The notes under the pieces: model-generated
Databases searched by the model: none
Seen by the model: only the letters and a program-made list of their open reading frames with translations
What the model was told of the DNA's origin: nothing
Source: Octopus bimaculoides
Lineage: Eukaryota
Direction of reading: 5' to 3'
Assembly: GCF_001194135.2 (NCBI RefSeq)
Contig: NC_068985.1
Span: forward strand, 121,689,121 to 121,753,120
DNA: 64,000 nucleotides
Made by a program: the position numbers and the translations under genes
Part shown: in pieces, positions 1 to 10,800 of the stretch
Layout: the number at the start of each line of letters is the position of its first letter
Numbering within the stretch: position 1 is the stretch's first letter

Positions 1-526
1 ATTCATTTCCCTGAGAAAGAACATTTGTTTAACTGCAAAATATACAAAGTACTATAGAAAAGTTCAAACTATTTGTACAGGAGTTAGCAAATAGGATTTA
101 TTATAAATTTTCATTATTACATGTTTCTACAAAAAAAATTACAATTTAATTATAGCATGCAAATATGAATCCTAGCTTGTCATCTTTCAACCTGAAACTA
201 AGTGTTTGTTGTCAATGTAAGTGTACTGAGTCACTTCATCAAGACTTGATCACCTAGTCCAACTAGTGAGAAACTATAATTCATCAGTGTTCTATTTACA
301 TAGTAAAGCTGGGTTCAAATCCTCCTGTGAATACGAATGATTGATTGATTGGCATTATATCTTGGAAGAAACATGGATCTAAACCATAGAGTCCCTCCAT
401 GACTAATAACCTAAGTTTACTTTTTATGCATTTCACCAAGACACAGAGACAATTTTGTAATTGGTGAAAAAGCATAGTTAACTGAAACAACACAAATACT
501 GGTACTTCAATTTGACTTTATCACTA

Positions 527-561
<35 letters not shown>

Positions 562-1026
562 GAGAGAGACAGTATGCTAATAATCACAAGGAAAGTTCAT
601 ACTTTTGTAGAAAAGCCAATCCATTTTAGGATGGTAGTTGTTGAGAAAATATTGACAATGAGCTTCATATAAAGTCATATAAAACATCAGCATTTGGCAG
701 ACCTATACAACCCAATACCTTTTGGAATTTTTAATTTTTTTTATTATTATTGAAAGAGAATAGAGAAGAAAAATCTCAGAATCTCCTGAATGACACTACC
801 AAAACCATCATGAAGAATAATTAATAAATTAGAAATTTTAGTAACAAATTCTCAGATTTATGAAAGAAGTGAAATGATGACATTCCAAGTGACATTAATA
901 TGCTTTCACAAACATAACATTGAAAGCAGAGCCTAGAATCAAATCATGAGGAGCTTACTTTCATTTCTAAGATGCTCACTCCATTATATAAAACAATATC
1001 AACAAATATTTATGATGATTATATAG

Positions 1027-1032
1027 TTTATT
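1027..1032 (-). promoter_or_regulatory. Candidate polyadenylation signal AATAAA
   Basis: tttatt on the + strand about 390 nt past the stop codon. Other candidates lie further downstream; no transcript evidence. Confidence 0.25.
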
Positions 1033-1135
1033 TAAAGACCCAGCAGTTTAGAAATGGAAAAAAAAAGTTGGTTTAAATCATTCAAGTCAAATACAAGTGA
1101 AATCAAACTGATCTATGAAAATAAACAGAAAATGT

Positions 1136-1139
<4 letters not shown>

Positions 1140-1177
<38 letters not shown>
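1140..1177. repeat. (TA)n microsatellite downstream of the stop codon. Other microsatellites at about 531-558, 27174-27214, 36960-37077, 39765-39804 and 49913-49934
   Basis: Directly visible dinucleotide runs. Confidence 0.95.
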
Positions 1178-1183
<6 letters not shown>

Positions 1184-1420
1184 GAGGGGAGGAAAAATAT
1201 AATGGTGATGTTGTAAAAGGATGACAAAAATATCACACAGCTACTGATGGCTGTGAATAACGACTGAATCTTCTATCTGCTTCGTTTTAGGAGATCTGGG
1301 ACTGATATAATGATAAGCTACTTGCTTGTAGCTACACTAAAGGATGGCAAAGTACACAGAAAAGAGCCTTTCAAAGTCAGTGTTCTTTATGTTCCTGAAA
1401 CTACACAATTTAAAAACAAA

Positions 1421-4400
1421 TTAATGAGGCCTTGGCCAGCGTGGTGGGCCACTTGGTCTCATGCCACGTGGTGGTCCACCTCTCCCTTCAAATCTTGGGG
1501 GTCGTCGAGGTCCCATTCCACGCATATTACCTTGATTCCAACCACCAGGGCCATTGAAGTCAGACCCGTGATCACGTGGAGCCATTCCTCGGGGCCCTCC
1601 TCGACGTGGCCCTCCATCAAAACGAGGTCGTGGTCCACCAGGTCCATCAAAATTAGGACGTGGTCCTCTTGATTGATTCATTGCACCTCGATGCCCCATA
1701 AAACGGCCAGGAGGTCCATGATCTCTGTTCATGTCACCAAGACCACCAAAGCCACCAAACTGTCCAGGACCCATATCCATACAGCGATCCCCTTCAGGGA
1801 AGAAATCTGGTCTTCCCATTCCAGAATGATCCATTCGCCCTCCTGGCCCACTGAAACGGCCCATTTGATCCATTCGATTCTCACTAGAATCTACATCCCT
1901 GTCGGGGCGCCCACGGTCTGAACGACGAGTGTCTCTTTCAGGTTTATCCCCACTATTCTTGTCTTCATTCGAACCAGTACGATCAGTTTTCTCATTTCTC
2001 TCACTCTTGTCAGACACATTACTACGTTCTGATTTCTCAGTTGCAGTTCCAGGCCGATCGGTTTTCTCATTTGTTGCACTCCTCTCATTTTTCTCTCCAC
2101 TACCACGATCTGCTTTGTTTCCACTTTTCTCTGATTTCTCCCCACTACTCCCACGTTCAGACTTCTCGCCTGAGCTACTGCGGTCAGCTTTCTCTGTACT
2201 GCTACTACCTCCACCACCACCACCACCACCACTACTACTACTACGATCAGTTTTCTCATTGCCCCTGTCCGATTTGTCATTGCTGCTACTACTACTACCA
2301 CCACCACCACGATCAGAGCGGTCTCCACCACGATCAGACCTGTTGCTATCACGATCTGACCGCTCACTACTACGATCTGTACGACTGCTGTCTCTTTCAG
2401 ACCTATCAGAGCTACCACGCTCAGGTCGGCTACTGTCACGATCTGATCGGCTTTCTCTTTCTGAACGGTCACTGCTACGATCCAGCCTATCGCTTCGGTC
2501 AGATCTATCACTTCTGTCTGGTCGATCCCCACGATCAGACCGATCCCCACGATCAGACCGACCTTCACGATCTGAGCGTCCATCTCTATCAGATCTGCTA
2601 TCTCTCTCAGAACGACCATCTCTGCGATCAGATCTGCCATAGTTGCTTCGATCTGATCTACCATAATTGCCACGATCTGATCTTCCATATCCACCACGAT
2701 CAGATCTACCATATCCACCATGATCAGATCTGCCCCCCATGTGGTCAGGTCTCCCACCCATATGATCAGGTCTGTTACTCATATGATCAGGCCGCCCTCT
2801 CATCTGGTCGGATCTTCCCCCCATCTGGTCAGATCTTCCACCCATCTGGTCAGGCCGCCCACCCATGTGGTCAGGTCGTCCGCCTAACTGATCCATTTGT
2901 CCGCCCATGTGGTCAGGCCTTCTATTCATATGATCTGATCGTTGGTGGCCCATATTTGAACTGTCCCCATAATTCCCTGGCAAGCCCATCCCTTCTGGAA
3001 TCTGGGTTGAAATAGCCGGAGAAGGATCAGCATCACTCCATCGGGTTCTCCGCTGATTTTCACTGCGACCTCCTGGCTTTTTAACCTCATCTTTTGGTTT
3101 TGATGATGAATAATCAGAATATCCACCACCACCGCCATAGTTCCCTTGACCATCTGGCTTATCCCCACCCCACCTCTGTCTGCCTCCGGACTGCCACTGA
3201 TTCTCATTGCCAGGACGTGGCTGGTTATAACCTGAGCCTGACAACATAGAGCTACCGGCTGATTGTCCTACATCAGACCTGTAGCCATGCTGATCAGGTC
3301 GATTACTGTTGTCAATGCCACGATTCCCAGGTTGATCATAACCTCCATATTGACCCTGCTGATAACCACCATATGATTGCTGACCGCCAACATTGCCACG
3401 CTGGTTTGGTTGGTTAATACCACCACCACTGTTATATTGATTGTTTTGATTGTTTGTACCATAAGATCCTTGGTTTTCAGAATATCTGTTGCCACCACCA
3501 TAGAAGTTCGGGTTGCCCCCAGAAAACTGATTATTATTGCCACCACCACCACCACCACCACTTCCACTGTTATTATTTCCAGAATTACCATACTGATTTT
3601 GGTTTCTTCCATAAGAAGTTGACTGGTTGCTGCTGTACTGTGATGGCTGAGAACCACTATAGTAATTAGATTGATTAGTATACTGGTTAGATTGGTTGGA
3701 GGTTGGGCTTTCTGAATAAGACCGTTGTTGATCACTACTGTACATGCTTACTTGATTATATTGGCCAGGTTGGCTGGAACTATACTGGCTCTGATTGCCA
3801 GGTGGCTGTTGGTACCCGCTATACTGGTTAGTGTTAGCACCATAAGAAGCTGGTTGAGCAGATCCAGATCGGTCTGGCTGGCTAGAGTTATAAGAGCTCT
3901 GTTCTGTCTGACCATACGTTGAATCTGATGAACTGCTGTATTGTTGCTGGCGTTGGTTGTAATCATAAGAATAGTTACTGCTCTGATAGGCTGGCTGCTC
4001 ATTGTAAGGTGGGGAAGTGTACTGTGATGGCTGGCCACTGTAATTTGACTGCATGCTCCATGCCTTTGTATCAGTGCCTGTAAATTGAGGGGGTAAATTG
4101 AGCTGGGACTGGTTGTAAGAAGAATACTGATCATTGTAACTACCAGGTTCTTGTTTCATAGGAGGTGGGGGTGGGGGTGGAGGGGGCGCAGAAGTGTTGG
4201 TGGGATTAGCAGTGCCATACCAGTTACCAGGGCTGCTATTTACTGCACCACTGACACCGCTGCTGCCGCCACTGCCACTGCCACCTGCAGATCCAGCAAC
4301 CCCACTGCGAGCTGCAACATCTGCATCTGTACTTGAGTAGCTGCCCTGATAGGACAGTGTTCCGTAGCTTGGGTTCTGAACATTGTAGGAAGCTGGGGTA

Positions 4401-4864
4401 CTTTGGTCTCGATTGCCCCAACTAGAAGAACTAGTTTGGTACCCGTAACTGCCAGTCACTGACTGAGAACCATAGCTGCCGGCAGCACTGTTTGAACTAC
4501 TGCTTGTGTATTGTCCACCATAGTTATCATAGGCTGAACGAGACTCTGGTTTGACATGAATGTCTTGCCACTGTGGAGAGTTTTCTTCACCTTCACCACC
4601 GTACTCCTGTTTGATGAAATCAAGAGCACTACTTGGGTCGGGTTTGATACGTTTCTCAGGAGGTTCTGTAACATCAGTTGCAGGACCCCATCTTGACTGG
4701 CGCCCTTCAAACCGATCTTTGTTACCAGGAGGGGGTGGTGGTGGAAGCATTGGAGTTCTCTGTCCAGGAGGAAGATCCATTTGTGGTTTTTCTACTTTAA
4801 TTATTTGGTGTGGAGGAGGAGGTGGTCCTTGTGACATCCGTGGAGAAAATGGCTTTTGTGGGCT
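1421..4864 (-). CDS. HNRNPUL1-like: Terminal coding exon 11 (3444 nt, 1147 aa plus stop): low-complexity disordered tail
   Basis: ttttataattgcag|AGC acceptor (phase 0); uninterrupted ORF 1421-4870 in much more GC-rich DNA than the flanks. Confidence 0.92.
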   Translation of the reverse strand, partial: SPQKPFSPRMSQGPPPPPHQIIKVEKPQMDLPPGQRTPMLPPPPPPGNKDRFEGRQSRWGPATDVTEPPEKRIKPDPSSALDFIKQEYGGEGEENSPQWQDIHVKPESRSAYDNYGGQYTSSSSNSAAGSYGSQSVTGSYGYQTSSSSWGNRDQSTPASYNVQNPSYGTLSYQGSYSSTDADVAARSGVAGSAGGSGSGGSSGVSGAVNSSPGNWYGTANPTNTSAPPPPPPPPPMKQEPGSYNDQYSSYNQSQLNLPPQFTGTDTKAWSMQSNYSGQPSQYTSPPYNEQPAYQSSNYSYDYNQRQQQYSSSSDSTYGQTEQSSYNSSQPDRSGSAQPASYGANTNQYSGYQQPPGNQSQYSSSQPGQYNQVSMYSSDQQRSYSESPTSNQSNQYTNQSNYYSGSQPSQYSSNQSTSYGRNQNQYGNSGNNNSGSGGGGGGGNNNQFSGGNPNFYGGGNRYSENQGSYGTNNQNNQYNSGGGINQPNQRGNVGGQQSYGGYQQGQYGGYDQPGNRGIDNSNRPDQHGYRSDVGQSAGSSMLSGSGYNQPRPGNENQWQSGGRQRWGGDKPDGQGNYGGGGGYSDYSSSKPKDEVKKPGGRSENQRRTRWSDADPSPAISTQIPEGMGLPGNYGDSSNMGHQRSDHMNRRPDHMGGQMDQLGGRPDHMGGRPDQMGGRSDQMGGRSDQMRGRPDHMSNRPDHMGGRPDHMGGRSDHGGYGRSDRGGYGRSDRGNYGRSDRSNYGRSDRRDGRSERDSRSDRDGRSDREGRSDRGDRSDRGDRPDRSDRSDRSDRLDRSSDRSERESRSDRDSSRPERGSSDRSERDSSRTDRSSERSDRDSNRSDRGGDRSDRGGGGSSSSSNDKSDRGNEKTDRSSSSGGGGGGGGSSSTEKADRSSSGEKSERGSSGEKSEKSGNKADRGSGEKNERSATNEKTDRPGTATEKSERSNVSDKSERNEKTDRTGSNEDKNSGDKPERDTRRSDRGRPDRDVDSSENRMDQMGRFSGPGGRMDHSGMGRPDFFPEGDRCMDMGPGQFGGFGGLGDMNRDHGPPGRFMGHRGAMNQSRGPRPNFDGPGGPRPRFDGGPRRGGPRGMAPRDHGSDFNGPGGWNQGNMRGMGPRRPPRFEGRGGPPRGMRPSGPPRWPRPH

Positions 4865-7800
4865 CTGCAATTATAAAATAAAAAGAAAACTCAATATATA
4901 ATTCAAACAACAAATGAATTCAATGAATTTGTAAATAAAAAGGAGATTTTTTGTTTATCTGATGGATTGGTTTTGATGGGAGGAAGAGGGAAAGTTAATC
5001 CTTAGACTAGAGAACCAACCTAAATACCTTTAACATCTGGACCTTGATAAAGGTACTCAAAAACCTAACAAAGGTAAACATCTCTGATGAGCTTACAGAC
5101 AATTTCTATTCAATCGAATTTCATTCATAAGGCTTCAAGTAACTTGGGGTTATGGTTGAAGACACATACCCCAAACAAGTATAGGTGCTGGCATGACCAT
5201 GTGATAATGAAATCACATGGCCATGCCAGCGCCTATACTTGTTATGCAGTTTATAAGATGAAATAAAGGTAATGAAGATCTATTTTACCCATTCAAACAG
5301 AGAAAGAGAGAAATACATCCACACATGTTCTATAAAAAAAAGATCATTACAAATTATAAACTTTTACTTTATATTCTTTAACAAACCACCATCACAATCA
5401 TTACTTTTCCTTTTAACCCTTTCATTAGCAAACTGCCCAAAACCACCCGAAAAAAGTTCTGGTTCATATGACCAAGGCACCCAAACCCGCCCATAATCAC
5501 ATTCATATTTAAATGAGAATTTCAGCGCAAATCTCGTTAGTACATTCATGAAAACATGTGATTCAACTTGTCGACAGTTGAATTACAGTTTCCGACATCG
5601 ATTGACGTGATATATTAACTTTGTGGATTTTGGGAGATTTTTTTCAAAACTTTTTGGAATTTGTAATACTGACAAAAAAATGGATACTAGCTTTATTCTA
5701 TCAAGCAGTGAGTCAGAATTTGAAGGATTTTCAATTGAAGACCTTGAGAAATCTACTAAATTTGTAACTGAAAAATAAAACATGGTATCTGATAATGAAT
5801 CCAATGTTTCATTTTCCAAAAGTCAATGTTGTGATTCCGACAACTCTGATGACAGCAATAAAGAAAATAAATTTACACCTGAGTGGAGTAAGAATCTGAA
5901 ATCTGTTTCTTTTGGTGATTTTTGTGAAGAGGCTGCACCAAGTCACAATCTTTCTCAGGAAAGAAAACCATTAGACTATTTCCTTTTACTTTTTCCTCTT
6001 AGCTTGTTTCAAATAATTACAGTGGAAACAAACCGTTACGCCGAATATAAACAAAGAGAAAAAAGGATAGCATATTTTGCCATAAATATTATAATGGGCA
6101 TTAGAAAGCTATCCAGAATTACAAATTACTGGAGTAGCGATGAACCCTTTGGAGACAAATATGTCTCAAGTATAATGACAAGGACTCAGTTTCTAAAATT
6201 AACACAGCATTTACATGGGAGAGACATGAGCAGTACACCAGTACGTGAAGAACCAGACTTTGGACCCTTATTTAAAATAAGACTCCTCACTGACTGTGTT
6301 CAAAACACATATAAAACATTTTACAAACCAGCCTGTGTCTTCACATTCCAAGAGGAGGTTTACATAACGGTCAGTCATTCGAGCCTGAGCAGCGTCCATG
6401 TTATTTTCATGAGGTACTGCTAACTTGACCAGATTCACAACTTTCTTTCTTTTACCCCACATTAAAATGTCCGGTTTTTTCGCAACTGGGATGGGAAAGA
6501 GCCCCTGGCACCCTTGATGATGATAGCAATTCTAAAATATATTTTGGTTGAATAAACAACTAACTCAATAAGTCAATAAAATTATTTATGAAGGAGATAA
6601 AAGCTTTTGAAAGTGGTGGTGGTGGTGGTGGGGGGTTACATGTAAATAACAGTAGAACTCCATAGAAGACAAGTGAAGTTGAAATGTCAGTGTTAGTAAT
6701 TTAATAGACACATTTTCACAACCAAGATATAAAATATATATCTTTTTCTTATTTCGATATGAGTTGGAAAACAATGTGTAAGTAAAGTTTCTGATAATAA
6801 AAGCATACTAACTTGTTCAGCTGATCGATTGTCATGCTTGTACATTTTATCTCTTGGCCTTTTATTTTTACCTTCAATATTGTACCTGCAAATATAAAAT
6901 TGAAATAATAAATATATAAATCATTGAAGTTGAGAAAAGACATAATTTCAGTAGCGATAGACAATTCTTGTTTTACAAGTAAATTTTCAGATAAATATTG
7001 ATTCAGGAATTAGTTAACTTATACAAGTAGAGGTAATACCTAGCTTAAAATGAGAACATAACAGGAGACAAGAAATAAGTTTTCCAGCTTGTACTATTTT
7101 GGCAAAATTTTAACTGGAATGACATACTGAAAGTACTAAATAATAAAGGTAAGGTAACTATAGTAATCAAATTAATCAAATGATTTAAATGTATACATAA
7201 AGCAAAACTGAAGTAACTTCAATATGCACCAAACATTTACAATATGAATTGATATTTTTAAAAGTGGACACATAAGAGGTGCAACAGTATCAGTGGAAGA
7301 CTAACTGGACATAGAAGTGCAGCAGTATAATTGAAGTACCAACAGAAAAAGTAGCTGCTAGAATAAGGACAGGCTGGGCAAAGTTCAGAGAGCTACTGTC
7401 TCTATTAGTAACAAAGGGCCTCTCTCTCAGCGTGAAAGGCAGATTGTATGATGCCTGTGTACGAACAGCTGTGCTACATGGTAGTGAGACATGGGCTGTG
7501 ACTAATGAGGATGTGAAGGCTTAAAAGAAATGAAGCCAATATGCTCTGATGGACAGATAATGTCAGTGTGCATGTACAACAGAGTGTAAGTGATTTGAGA
7601 GAAAAATTGGGTACACAAGGCATCAGATGTAGTGTGCAAGGGAGAAGACTTCTGGTCATGTAATGTGTATGAAAACAGCTGCATTAAGAAGTGCCAATCT
7701 CTAATTGTGAAGGGAACATGTGGAAGAAATAGACCCAGGAAGATGTAGGTCAAAGTGGTGAGAAAGGATCTTCAGACATTAGGCATCACAGTGGGGATGA

Positions 7801-10800
7801 GAGGGAACTTAAACTGCTGGTGGTTTGTTGTGCATGAGAAGACATGTCAAGCTAAGTAAAGTTGTGGTTGTCCTTGCATCCCTCCCTAGCTGAACGTTCC
7901 CAATTCTGTGGGCTCGTGGGTGCTAGTAAAAAGCACCCGTACCGCTGCTATGTATATGCACCCATACCTGTACTGCATAAAAGTATGCAGTACACTCTGT
8001 AAAGTGGTTGGCATGAGGAAGGGCATCTTGTAGAAACCATGCCAAAACAGACAAGAAATGATGATTAGTTAGTCAGGAAGAAGGGATTAAAGCCTATGGA
8101 CATTTGCTGGTCCTCCAAGACTGGTCATATTGATGTGGTTCAACAGATTCAAGTGAATATTGTAGGGAATGGAGGGAGGGGATTTCCAGAGAACAGACAT
8201 TGTTCATAGGAAGGATAAGGAATAGTGGTTAATGCAGGGACAGAAAGAGAAAAAAGGGAAAATTATCAAGCAGATTCTAGTGGAGGTGATATGCTGTCAG
8301 ATATCTCAAGAGTAGAGGCTGTTGCAAAAGTGCTAGATGTACAAAAGTGATTAGAGCCAGAAGGGAGTGAGGGGACAACCTGTTCAAATGGAGCTGGTTC
8401 TAGATGTGGTCTAGGATGTTTTTATGTAAATCAGTAGTAATTATATAAAAGGTACTTATATAAAAGAAGTATTCCATAGTGCTATTTATCTTTCAGCAAT
8501 ATATAATTTCTAAGAACAAATTAAAGTTAATACTAAACCTGCTTTGTTGATGTTATAGTCAGTATTTCAAAAGTAATACACATAAATTATCATTTATTCA
8601 TTTTGTTTTTACATTCACTCTTTCATGTTGTCATCAACAATAAAAAAAAAAATTCAAGTTAATTTTTACAATGCAATCATGGGATATATTTTACACGTTA
8701 CTAAATTTTCACTGAAATCTAAATATGTATTCTTGAGTGCAAGTGTTTTTTTTTGTTTTTTTTAATTAAGAGCTGGATTCTGTCATAAAGGTAGTGTTCA
8801 TTTGGACTTCTTGAACACAATACCAACAATATAAAAATTTCAATTAAGGAAAATCTAGTAAACCATGAAAGAGATGGTGAAAGTTCTGGGATTATGGAAA
8901 CCCTTTGTCTGTAAGCTTCAAGGTATTTAACGTTGAAATAGTTAACTGCTAAATGATGCTTGTGGCCCCACCAGTTTGTATCCAACACCAATGAGGCTCA
9001 CAGTCATTTGTTTCTAAAACATTCTTCCAATCCTCTCTTGATTCTTAGTGAATATTTCCTTATTATGACTCCTGGCTTTGATGTTCAAACTATAGAAACT
9101 TAGCCACTAAATGGCATACAGTTCACACACAAAGAAAAGCAAGCAAAACTCACTGTTCAACTAATTTAATAGATTTTTCTTTTGGTAATTCAATATATTC
9201 AATGATATCAAACAGAGAAGAATTGTCTTCGGGCAAAGAAAAGTTTGCTTTCATTTCTAGTACAGCCTCTTCAGGAATAACTTTACCTGAAACAAATTAT
9301 AAAAAGTGAAGTTTATACATGCACAACACAATGGAATCTGCAAAAAAAAAAAAAAAAGAAAAAGAAATATCTGAACACATCTTTTCAAAGATTGGTTCAC
9401 TGCTTTATATCACACTGACTGTAACAGTTCCACATGACAAATTAACATATATTTGAAATATGATTGCTTTGGTAGAGGCATAAACTACCAAATTGTGTAT
9501 CAACAACATACCAGCTCTACTTGTGTAATTAAGAAACAGATATGGAGAGTAATCTATTGAGTAGGTGATATCAGCTTATCTAAAACTGCAGTATTATGTA
9601 CAATTTTCTCCATTTTTCCATCAAGTAGAAGTCTGAGCAACAATAAAGATATATACAGACTTCTATACTTTCCCAGGGACTAAGATTACATTATTCAGTT
9701 AATAACACTTCAATTTTGTATTTTACAAAAGAAAGAAAATTTAACCTACCATCTTCTTTAGTCCTTTTGCTTGAGCGATGAATCAATTCAGAATCTTCAC
9801 AAACAAGAACAGCTGCTTTTCGATAAAATCCTTGGAAATTTCGCATCTTGCGCTTACGGGCACTAGCATAAACATTAGTTTGGTCAAGGATCAAATTTTT
9901 TCGTCTTCTGGAAGCTAGAGAATGGGAGAAAAAATTTTGTAACGAGATAAGTCCAATGTCTTCTAGTTGACTGGATCAACAGAAGTATGTTATTGTTACA
10001 ATTTTATTAATCTTACAGGGGCAACATTCCATCCACACCCTGTTCAATCTGTTAATTCTACAATTGCACCCATTTATTACAAAAGTTAACTGCATCTATT
10101 AATAAAAAAGTTTTAGCAGATAATATCTATGAATATATACATTAAGCAATATATTTTGCATTTCATAGCAGTATCTCAACATGAACTGATCAAGAGAAAG
10201 TTAACAATGGTTCACTAAGGCTGTAATGTTACAAACACAAATTTCTTCCTACCATCAAGTGTACCAAATAAGTTGTTCAAATGTATATGGAATAGATCAA
10301 AGTCCATTCACTCTCTTGCTACTTATTTACATACATTCTTTCAATATTATTTTAGACATTAAGACAAATTTTAACAAAAAGCACTACTTAAAAGTATATG
10401 CTGTAACAATTACAGAGTTTGTTGTTTGACCACTAGGACTACATTGATAAAACAGACTTACGATTAAAGCTCGAGTGACAAATTAGCATAAAATAACTAA
10501 TAAACAAATTGATTTGCAAAACTTACAATATTCTTTTTTATTGCTTCCACTATAGAAAACCAAATACAATTCTTAATCTATAATACTAAATAATTGTAGC
10601 GATACAAGTAAGGACATATAATGTCACTGGATCTCTTGCCCAGTACACTCCTACTAAGTCAATATTTAGAGCCCTATTAGTTAACTTCTCACCTACCACC
10701 ACTAATCCTATTCACTGTACAATGCCATCAGAGTAAATGAAGAAAAGCATTAGATTTATCCATATTCACTATTTCCACTACTGAATCCATCATATTTATC

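Noticed and set aside
1310-3922. Long plus-strand and alternate-frame ORFs over exon 11 (e.g. 1929-2642, 2041-3015, 1891-2757)
   Set aside because: These are shadows of the repetitive low-complexity coding exon (RSD/GGY codon repeats lack stops in other frames); there is no independent domain signal.
5782-6423. Domesticated piggyBac-derived gene (PGBD-like) or a fusion exon with the host gene
   Set aside because: It is antisense to the host gene, internally deleted, and truncated before the catalytic DDD region.
8270-8410. Possible alternative exon PHLEPAPFEQ... in phase with exon 9
   Set aside because: Poor pyrimidine tract and weak donor; the real exon 10 (6813-6885) has the conserved QYNxEG motif and good splice sites.
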